From assembly GCA_053919585.1 (NCBI GenBank), contig CM132798.1: a stretch of 64,000 nucleotides of DNA; one strand, 5' to 3'. The DNA comes from Euprymna scolopes. Taxonomy: Eukaryota. Positions 38,640 through 48,251 of this stretch are shown here, one piece after another (the stretch's first letter is position 1; each line of letters begins with the position of its first letter). A model generated the notes under the pieces. That model did not search any database. It saw nothing but the letters and a program-made list of their open reading frames with translations, and was not told the origin of the DNA. The position numbers and the translations under genes are program-made.

Positions 38640-38833
38640 ATTTTTACCCCTTTTTAAATCATAACTTATTTCATCCTCAAAGACCCATAAATAAACAGTC
38701 CATAATAATTCAATCATTTGAGACCCTTAGCGCAACTGCAGGACTTTTAGTTTCTGAATTGATAGAGTTTAATAATATGGAGACAGACAGAGACAGGCAG
38801 GCAGTCAGACATAGTGAGTTTTATTAATTAGAT
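38640..38833 (-). mobile_element. Helitron-like 5' end
   Basis: - strand reads ATCTAATTAATAAAACTCACTATGTCTGACTGCCTGCCTGTCTCTGTCTGTC (TC start plus CTGT-type microsatellite); 3' end not clearly found. Confidence 0.45.
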
Positions 38834-39983
38834 GACAAAAAAGCGAGAGAGATATATCAGATAATTTTTTTTGCCGAAACGCTTCATAGAGTATCATTCT
38901 TTAAGACCGTTCTTATAGCTACGCATGGAGAATATGCTAGGATATTATGTAAGTAAATTATATACTGGAAATGAAAAAAATACTTAAAATAATAGTTTAA
39001 TCTCAAATAATCACATTGTATTATCATTGACAACTCCTATTAACCAATAAAAATCACAACGAATAAAAATAATTGTTAAAAGATGGAAATCCTTGCTGCT
39101 TCCCCTGAATTTTAATCCAACAAGATTCTAAGTATGTATGGAAATGTTTCGCGGAAGAATGTTTTCTTACGTACAGTTAAAACATACATATTATGTTAAT
39201 TGAAAAAAATAATACATTCACCCGTAAAAGTGTATACCTACGCTTATATTTTCGTGATAAACTATTCCGTAGAAATAATTAAATTCGACACTAAAATTAA
39301 TAAAATGATTTAAATATATATATAGAAACGACATTTCTCTTGTAAATGGAATGGGTATACTATATCGTCAAACCAATGTTTACGTGTAAACTATTTTATG
39401 ATAGATGGAAGAAATAAACAACTTCTTTTAAACGACCATTCGAAATGTTTTATTTAAACAATACAACGACTTGGTAAGTGTCTATTGTGATCAAGTTTAT
39501 AGAATATGTTCAAGCGACTACTTTTAGATAACTATGGAAATAAGTTGTTCCCACGCACTTTTTCATAATAATAAGATCTAGACAGATATTATGAAGGATT
39601 AATCTAAAATAACAATTGAAAACAAGCCATTAAAGATTGTATTTAAATGTGATAATTCCAAGAGGCTTTCCTAAATGGATAATAGATCTAAATTATATAT
39701 TATTAACGATTTGAATATGGCTGTTATTTGCTTCTACTGGGTGTATTATTGTTATTAGTCGATTAGTATATTAAAATTAAATTCATATATCGTAAAATAA
39801 GATGGCATTTTGATATATATTTAATCATAACTTATTTACACAATATGAACTGTAGGTTCACAGGAAATACGGTATCTTTGCAAGTATATACAAAAAATTA
39901 CTTTCTGACTTCAGATATCTGAAAAAAATTCAGGGCAAAATTAACGTAAAATTGAGAAACATATACACACATGAAGTTATGTA

Positions 39984-40040
<57 letters not shown>

Positions 40041-40130
40041 TTATATATATATATATATATTCGGTTATTTTGTGCACATGTTCCTTGCTAGATTTATAGA
40101 ATAGTCGTTAAGTCCATTTGTGTGTATATA

Positions 40131-40190
<60 letters not shown>

Positions 40191-40699
40191 ATAGTGCGTC
40201 GTTATAATTTTGTCTTTCTATTGTTTTAGTTATGTATATTTATTTGTGTTTATTTTTCTTGTCTTGAAAACTAAGATGAAAATTACCCCCCCCTCGAAAG
40301 GGGCAAAACACTACGCACCCATGCAATGTTCAAGTAAACTAGCGATAAAAAAGGCTAGGCAAAATTCCAGAATGTTCCACAAACCAGGAATTATTTTTCA
40401 TATATAGGAAACTAGGAATTTATTTAACTAGTATACTTTATATCTATTACTATAAGCTCGCTTGTATTGAAATGTTGCTTCCGTTCTAGCTATATCGAAT
40501 CGCTGAACATTGTTTTACTTTCAATTATATTTGTAACTTAAACGCAGTGACCATAGCTACGTTACTAGGACTTTTACTGAGCCGTAACAAACTGACTGTA
40601 TTTTACTATGAATCCCGACGCGCCGTACACTAATCGTTTTTCTCTCATTACGGTACAAACCCATGCTAGATTCTATGTATATCCAATATATATACTTTA

Positions 40700-41250
40700 C
40701 CTCCAAGGCGACTGCCTATGTCTGATTTGCATGTTAAATTAGATTTAAAAAAATATTTTTCTACTTCTAACTAAACTTTAGTTGACACTTAAAATTCTAA
40801 TAATAAATTTTACTTTATTCTGTATGTTTAACCCTCTCCTTAAAACTAACAATCTGCCCTACTCCCCAAGCTGCCACTAACACGCATATATTACACACGA
40901 CTTGGATGGGGGGTCCTCAGCTTTCAGCCCATAACCTTCGCATGCTGACCGATTGGAAGCCAAACCATCTATTCATTTCTAACTCTAAGGCATTCATTAG
41001 GTTGTTCTTAACCAGGAAGCTAATTACTAACTATGGTCTGTACTTAGATTTACAGCTATCTATATTGCATATCAATAGCTGCCTCTTCCTTAGCCTTACA
41101 ATGTTAAATGCAAACACTATGACGCAAAATACAATTTCCTGATTTATAAACGTAAGCTGAAGATATCCTTATTAGAAATAGAAACCTACTTAATACCCAT
41201 AACCCCCATACATTCGAATATACTGGAAATCTTACGATATATCTATTTAC
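40700..41250 (+). repeat. Diverged homolog of the putative LINE 5' region at 54620-55178 (- strand)
   Basis: Collinear shared words, e.g. CATCTATTCATTTCTAACTCTAAGGCATTCATTA vs CATCTATACATTTCTACCTCTAAGGCATGCATTA, and AATACCCATAACC..ATTCGAA..ATATATCTATT. Confidence 0.7.
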
Positions 41251-41264
41251 TGTATTATACATAA

Positions 41265-42204
41265 TGTATATTCATAAATGACCTCCCTGGCAAAATTGTC
41301 TGTGAGATGGGTATGTATGCTGACGACACCACGCTCTATAACAGACACGACAGGAAAACAAATGAACACATATCTAAAGAAATGGCAGAAACACTCCGAT
41401 CCGTAGTGGAATGGGGACTAAAATGAATGGTCACCTTCAATGCTGCAAAAACTAAACTTATTTCCTTCAATAATTGAAAGAACCCTTCCCTACCCGCAAT
41501 AGCAATGACCAATGACTGTATATTTGAAAGTACATCTTTTAAACTCCTTGGCCTTACGTTCACAGGAAACATGAGTTGGAACAATTACATTGAGAACATT
41601 GACAGGACCGCTGCGAAAAAGGTAGTTTCTCTCTACCGTGCTAGAAAGCTACTAACGCCTGAATGTATCCTATCCCTCTATAAGGCCACCATTCGCCCAT
41701 GTATGGAGTATTGTTGTCATATTTTGGTTGGTGCATCTACCACTAGTCCTTCGCTCCTAGACAGGTTCAAAAGAGAGTCGTCAATCTGATAGGTCCTGAA
41801 CTGTCAGTTAAACTTCAACCTGTGTCCCATCGGCGAAATGTTCCATCCTTCTGCCTGTTCTACAAGTACTTTAACGGAGAATGTTCTGACGAACTGCAAG
41901 CACTTGTGTCCCTACGATGTAAATACATCCGACAAACCCGACAAGCAGCTAAATTCCACCGCTTTACATAGAGATCCATAGATGCAAGAAAGCCTTCTAC
42001 TCCAATAGTTTCTTCCTCAGAACAGCTTCTTCAGTATTCCCTTCCGGGTCCCTGCTTCCCCAACTGCACTGACATGCAGAAGTTCAAGTTCAACGTGAAC
42101 TGACATCTTGCTGCCCAACTTCCTACACAGTACCCCTGATCCTTATGTCCCCGATAGTATCCCGCTATAACAAAGTGCCAATGTGCCTTGTTATGGTGAA
42201 ACTG

Positions 42205-42208
<4 letters not shown>
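41265..42208 (+). mobile_element. LINE family A 3' fragment ending in (TA)n
   Basis: FINDLP, YADD, YKATIRPCMEYCCHI (ORF 41505..41789), family A 3' UTR. Confidence 0.92.
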
Positions 42209-42247
<39 letters not shown>

Positions 42248-42479
42248 AAATATTAACAAAGCCTCTACGAAATGATATATAAGTTCCTCTTTAATTATTT
42301 TAATATATCTAGCAGCGTTTTATGTATTAATCAATTCAATGGATTAATTGAAGCAACTATAATAATTCGGCAGCAAAAGGGATTCTTGGTTGACATTTGT
42401 TAGTCTAAAAGACTAGTGGGTTGCGCCAGTAGAGGTAGTTGAACACAGTTTTCTCTGTACAAATAAGCCTATTTTCGAC

Positions 42480-43036
42480 TTACAATGTCGGTTTCAGACG
42501 TCGCAGGTTAAGATTAGTTCATCAAGTTGGTGGTCTGTTAAATTTTCCTTACTGGCCGTCCTAAATAGTCTTTTGGTGTCAGTCCGTTCTGCGGCGGACC
42601 TTTCCCCTAATGGTCAGGCTTTTGGTTATTGTTCCCTTCCAGGTTTTGTTTACTTTAGCTTTAGGCTCCCAGCTGGTAGAGTTTATAAGGTATGCTTTCA
42701 TGTTGCATTTGCACGCGTCGAAATAGCGAAGGTGAGGACGACTAATTTTCTTTTTGTCAGTAATGAGTTCACCGTACGGAATGTCTTTTCGGATTCGCCC
42801 ATTGTCCCTGCGGTTCACATAGCCTATCCAGCGTAGACGTCTTTAGCGAGGGACGAGCACAACATTGTTTGTGGCGTTGTGTCTCTTAGAAATTACAAGC
42901 AATCTTCGCAGACTACGCCTGTTCTGTTTTCGTTCTAGGTGGCTGTAGGTTGTCGATGTTTCGCTTCCATACAGAAGTGTGCTGATGACATAGACCATGT
43001 AAGCTTTCTTTTTTGTGATGATGGTAAGATTGAGTA
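42480..43036 (-). mobile_element. RTE/BovB-like LINE 3' segment
   Basis: ISTLLYGSET, RRLRWIGYV.R.DNGRI.KDI.YGEL, RPHLRYFDACK (ORFs 42843..43052 and 42579..42818). Confidence 0.88.
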
Positions 43037-43037
43037 T

Positions 43038-43614
43038 CAAAGATGCTGCCACTCATTGGCTGCTCTTTCAAACTCTCGAGCCTTATAGAGTCATTTCATT
43101 GTAGGATGAGCACATGCAATTTATATGGAGACGCCTTTGATGTATTTGGTGTAAAAACAATGAAAAACAGGAAGGCTTGCTTACCCATACGCTAGTTGTA
43201 ATTTTATTTGTCTTTATTTCAAGTCGTTCCTTCTAATCGTCAGATCAGATAGGTTCCTCTTCAACAGCAACCTCCTTCCAGGACAAAAACCCAACAGTTA
43301 TCAGGGGCCTATTGTTTCCTGATGATGCGATGGTAGCATTACACACTAAAACAGGACTTCAAAGACTTATGGACAAGTTTTCCAATTCCTGCAATAAATT
43401 CAGACTCGCTATCAACTTGAGGAAAATCATGGCTATGTGCAAAGGAAACTTATAATCTTCCATTATCACAATGGATGGGCAGTGCTTAGATGTAGTCCAT
43501 CAATTACAATATTACGGGTGTACAATTTCAGACAACATATCTCTTGATGTAGAATTTAACAAGCGAATTGCAAAGGCATCCACCACTCTTGAAAAACTGA
43601 CACTTAGGCAGTGG

Positions 43615-43617
<3 letters not shown>
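43038..43617 (+). mobile_element. RTE/BovB-like LINE RT segment, inverted relative to its 3' segment
   Basis: KMLPLIGCSFKLSSLIESFH, LLFPDDA (FADD), [42 protein letters not shown]. Confidence 0.88.
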
Positions 43618-43681
<64 letters not shown>

Positions 43682-43761
43682 CATATATATATATATATGT
43701 ATATCTCTATATATATATGATTGTATAAACGTGATGAATGAAATCCGACGATATGAAAAAT

Positions 43762-43828
43762 AGATTGGAGGTGGAAGGACCTAAACGCTCGAATGTGTTG
43801 AGCGTTCAGGTCCTTCCACCTCCAATCT
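43762..43828. repeat. 29-bp inverted repeat abutting a gap
   Basis: AGATTGGAGGTGGAAGGACCTAAACGCTC / GAGCGTTCAGGTCCTTCCACCTCCAATCT, one mismatch. Confidence 0.9.
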
Positions 43829-43956
43829 NNNNNNNNNNNNNNNNNNNNNNNNNNNNNNNNNNNNNNNNNNNNNNNNNNNNNNNNNNNNNNNNNNNNNNNN
43901 NNNNNNNNNNNNNNNNNNNNNNNNNNNNNNNNNNNNNNNNNNNNNNNNNNNNNNNN

Positions 43957-44270
43957 ATATGGGGTGTGCAAGTATCTGGGTAGTTAACTTCATGTTCAAA
44001 ATAAAAATATACATAAACTGAACTGCCAGAATTGTAGTGCGTGCACTAAAAAGCACAACATGCAACAAATCCAATATAGGCGCCAACAATAGCATCAGGA
44101 ATAGAGTGACCTACATAAAAGTTGTAAAAAAATAACAGAAAACAGGCTCCTATATATTGTGCATGCTGGGGCGGATTTCACTTTACAACAATGTCAATAT
44201 ACTAAACCGATAATTAGTTCTAGTTCGGGAACACAATTTTCTAACAAAATTCACTCACGAATCGAATAAA
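43957..44270 (+). mobile_element. Penelope-like GIY-YIG endonuclease remnant
   Basis: IN*TARIVVRALKSTTCNKSNIGANNSIRNRVT resembles a degenerate C..NVVY.I.C..C...YIG.T..LR.R motif. Confidence 0.55.
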
Positions 44271-45329
44271 AGTTAATAGTAACACATAAACAATCACGTA
44301 TGCACAAGTGCGTATGCATGTATACACTCCTACATATAGATCACAACCGACACCTTGAAGCACATATACGCACACGCACGCGCACGCGCATATGCAAACA
44401 CACAGACACTAAATACCCCTTGTCTCTAACGGAACCATTGGTCAATATAAGCCTCACAAGACTATTAGACTAACAACACTAATGATTTTTTTAAATTTTT
44501 ACTTTTGTTTTCTGTCAGTTTAATTTATCTTTATTTATGAATATAGCCATAACAGATGTTATTTTTATCAATTCAAAATAACATGAATAAAATATACTAT
44601 ATAAACGAAGAAGCTAAGAACAAACCAAAATATACAAATCAAACCTGTCAAGGAAAGAGTAATATCTAAAAATTATTAATTATTTATTAAATTAATATTA
44701 TTTCTTATAAAAATATTATGGATGTCTTAACAGACTAAAACCAATGTCAAAACAGAAGGAAAGTAAAATCTAAAAATCAATATTAGATAAAAAATAGTTT
44801 CCCTGTCCCAAAAAAGATTATAGGTATAGCTTATCAAAACTTCAAAAGCATAATGTCAATAAGAAAAACCGATTTATATGCGTATGTGTGTAAAGAGAAA
44901 TACTCTGTGGGCGTGTGTGTATGATATTTATCGAAATGTATCGCACGCACACACACACACACACACTAAACATAATTAGTATTAAAATTTAAAAAATAAA
45001 CAGCACTTATACACCTATGAACCTTATAACCAGTCGATGAACCTGGCTTGCTCTATGAAAACTAAAGGTGTGCCGCATTGTTTCTTTTTACTTGGGAGTC
45101 ACAAAAACGTTAGAAGAAATACCAATTTCAAGATACATAAATTATCGGAAACGCGTTAGACTAATTTAAGTTATTGGGAAAATGAAAATATCTAAGAATG
45201 AAAAAAGTATATAAATACACCACAGTTGTTATTTATTCATTCATTTAAATACACCCCCACACACACGCGTGCGCGCATGCAGATATACACACACACAGAG
45301 ACACACACAGAAACACACACACATATATA

Positions 45330-45373
<44 letters not shown>

Positions 45374-45483
45374 CTAATGAGAAGGATAGAGACGTAAATA
45401 AAATAAATAAATTTAGTAAATTACATCAAGATAAAATTTAAAACGGTAAGGTTGAGGAAGAATCTAGGACCCTAATTTGAATC

Positions 45484-45522
45484 GTGAAGGTAAATGTAAT
45501 GTATCCAATACTTTTGCGTGGC

Positions 45523-45524
<2 letters not shown>
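45484..45524 (-). repeat. Tc1/mariner-like terminal inverted repeat (matching copy at 47239-47279)
   Basis: GTGCCACGCAAAAGTATTGGATACATTACATTTTCCTTCAC in opposite orientations, each abutting (TA)n; 2 mismatches in 41 bp. Confidence 0.65.
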
Positions 45525-45562
<38 letters not shown>

Positions 45563-45929
45563 TATATATATACTCCCATAAATTCGTTTTTCTTTTGTAT
45601 GTATTGATATTCATATTAAAATCCTCTTTTCTATTTATTTAACAAGAAAATACAATTTTCTTATATATGGGTTGTGAAAATACATTCACTATCAAAAGAT
45701 CTAGCTAATTTGCATATTCTTTTAAACATTCATTTTAATTAATTCCGGATTAGTTTTTTTCGGTTTTCTCATGGGATGATCATCTAGAGTTAACTATTAC
45801 GTGTAATTATATTATTGCAGATATTCTACATGATTTATACTTGCATAATATTTGCGTAAAATATTTACAGTAAACAAAAACTTGTTTCCATATATATTTA
45901 TGTATACGTCTATATTTTTATTTAATCTT

Positions 45930-46272
45930 TTTTTTTACATGGGGGTTACCATTTATCAAGGCCCGAAGGCCTCTCAGGGATAAGGGTTATTGCGTGTAAA
46001 GTAATCAATGAGATAGTATTGTATTACTCATTAGTATTGGGGGTTTAAATAGAGGGGGATGTTTGTCAGTAGTTTGTTTATGTTGGACTTGAAGACGTCC
46101 AAGTTTTAGTCAGGTGGGAAACAGGAAAGCGGCAGAGAGTTTTACTGGCGTGCAGTTCTAAGAAAGAAGCTTTGCTCATGGAATCTACGTTTGGATTTAG
46201 GCACAGATAAAAAGTGGGGAAAATTATTGACAGTAGTTTCAGCCAGACGCGTGTTTGTCATGAAAGATTGGC
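45930..46272 (-). mobile_element. LINE family B 3' end fragment
   Basis: Same 3' UTR variant as 12088-12338; FHEQSFFLRTAR on the - strand. Confidence 0.9.
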
Positions 46273-46282
46273 GGTCTATCCA

Positions 46283-47163
46283 TCTATATATCTATATCTA
46301 TCTATATATATATAAAAGTGAACGTGTCTGTGTGTCTCTCTGTGTTTGTCTGTGTACATTTTCCTACGCAATAACTCTGTCAATCTTTAGTCTACAGACT
46401 CGAAATTTGATATACAGAGTACTGAGATTTGGAAAAGTCAATGTGATCGGTTTTTAGCCAGAAATGTGTCGATTAAGGGCTCAGGTTCAACGATTTGACC
46501 CTTGAGAACTCTACAAAACTTCTCCGACAATTTTGGGTCTACGAACTTGAACTTTTAGATAAAGGTTCCTTGGACATGGATCTAACTTAACAACTTGATT
46601 TGAGCCGAACACAATAATTTTTAAGGGGCCATAATAGGGGTTAAAAAATTACCTCTGCGGTCTCTTCCAAATTACTCAGAAAATTTCTGGTCGAAATATT
46701 TGAAATTTTACATAAAGGCTATTCAGACATAGGGCAAGACTTTGGGTGGACAATTTTTAGTTACCAATATATAAGTGTATATATGTATGTATGTCTGTTT
46801 CTATGTCTGCCTTAAACTTTACATAGATCAGTATCGTTATAAAGTTCGACCTTTCATACGACAAATATTTAAGAATTGGCTAAAAACATTAATATTTTCC
46901 CATTCAACTAGGCACTTTTCTACAGAGGGGGGCCACTTTTTTCGCCAATATTTTTGAAAGTTATCCTCTCCTTTAGATTGTCATGTCTTAATTAAAAAAA
47001 AATGTCGCTTCCGGTTTCGCGATGGTTGTAACAGCATAAACGTACAGCATACCCCGTTCTTTTCCTCCTTTGTGGTACGGGTTCGAGCCTGCCTTCCTAC
47101 TACTATTTTTTTTTTGCTCAACACACACATCCAAACAACCGGGCAACTCCGGCTTAAATGCTA

Positions 47164-47164
<1 letters not shown>
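46283..47164 (+). mobile_element. Non-autonomous Helitron-like element
   Basis: TCTATATA.. start with TGTC microsatellite, subterminal hairpin CCGG-GCAACT-CCGG (47139-47152), CTAG|T end at 47161-47164; exact 5' TC ambiguous. Confidence 0.7.
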
Positions 47165-47241
<77 letters not shown>

Positions 47242-47285
47242 CCACGCAAAAGTATTGGATACATTACATTTTCCTTCACAGCTCC

Positions 47286-47328
<43 letters not shown>

Positions 47329-47331
<3 letters not shown>

Positions 47332-47502
47332 ATTTATGAAATATATATGGCGATTAAGCTACACTGAATATTGGGCGTTTCATTCACTGTAGGATTCGTC
47401 AGGCTTATGCGCGAATTCTGTGGTTGTTTCTCGTTTTTGTATATGTTGAGGTTTTAGTTAGCCAATCAGCTTTCTAATATCAACCGCGCCCCTTCCTATA
47501 AG

Positions 47503-47507
<5 letters not shown>
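47329..47507 (-). mobile_element. Hammerhead-bearing short element (retrozyme or Penelope pseudo-LTR), copy A
   Basis: Homologous to 48034-48250; flanked on both sides by (TA)n. Confidence 0.8.
47350..47412 (-). ncRNA. Type I hammerhead ribozyme, copy A
   Basis: TAAGC-CTGACGA-ATCC tacagt GAAT-GAAA-CGCCCAATATTCAGTG-TA-GCTTA; core intact, one mismatch in stem II. Confidence 0.8.
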
Positions 47508-47574
<67 letters not shown>

Positions 47575-47787
47575 TATAGTAAATTATAAATTGGAATGTT
47601 ATTTCTATTATGACATGGCGNNNNNNNNNNNNNNNNNNNNNNNNNNNNNNNNNNNNNNNNNNNNNNNNNNNNNNNNNNNNNNNNNNNNNNNNNNNNNNNN
47701 NNNNNNNNNNNNNNNNNNNNNNNNNNNNNNNNNNNNNNNNNNNNNNNNNNNNNNNNNNNNNNNNNNNNNNNNNNNNNNGAGATGAAT

Positions 47788-47900
47788 CTATACTGAATAT
47801 TCCGTGTTTCATCCACTCTATACCTGAAGAACCCTAAAGTAGATTAAACGCGGAATGTTCAGTGTAGCCTAATCGCCATATATATTTTATAACTTGCTAT
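47788..47900 (+). mobile_element. Degenerate hammerhead element, copy B, preceded by an inverted half-copy
   Basis: CTGAAGA-ACCC taaagt AGAT-TAAA-CGCGGAATGTTCAGTG-TA-GCCTA from 47824; 47788-47820 is the reverse complement of the ribozyme 3' half. Confidence 0.75.
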
Positions 47901-47991
47901 CTCTATCTACGTATTGAGCACTGTTGAAGTAAATACGTAAATTGACGCATAAATTATACTCTCGTATACTATTTTATGTGAGGAAAGTTAG

Positions 47992-48033
<42 letters not shown>

Positions 48034-48036
<3 letters not shown>

Positions 48037-48250
48037 ATTTATGAAATATATATGGCGATTAAGCTACACTGAATATTCGGCGTTTCATCCACTCTAGGAT
48101 TCCTCAGGCTTATACGCGAATTCTGCGGTTGTTTATCGTTTTTATATGGTCCCCTTCTGTTGAGTATTTTGTGAGACAATCAGCTTTCTAATATCCACCG
48201 CGCCCCTTCCTATCAGCCAATGGGCATGCATTTTATCGGACAAAGGATCT
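48034..48250 (-). mobile_element. Hammerhead-bearing short element, copy C, with CCAAT/GC/TATA-like promoter
   Basis: - strand: ATTGG, GGGGCGCGG, GCTGATTG, TATAAAAA (about 48139-48146), then the ribozyme and a tail running into (TA)n. Confidence 0.8.
48055..48117 (-). ncRNA. Type I hammerhead ribozyme, copy C (best preserved)
   Basis: GCG-TA-TAAGC-CTGAGGA-ATCC tagagt GGAT-GAAA-CGCCGAATATTCAGTG-TA-GCTTA-AT-CGC; all three stems and all conserved core nucleotides present, GUA cleavage triplet. Confidence 0.88.
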
Positions 48251-48251
48251 G

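Noticed and set aside
46988-47837. YIYI-rich and X-containing ORFs (also 14753, 15425, 43528, and poly-I/L ORFs at 61003)
   Set aside because: Artefacts of microsatellites and N gaps.
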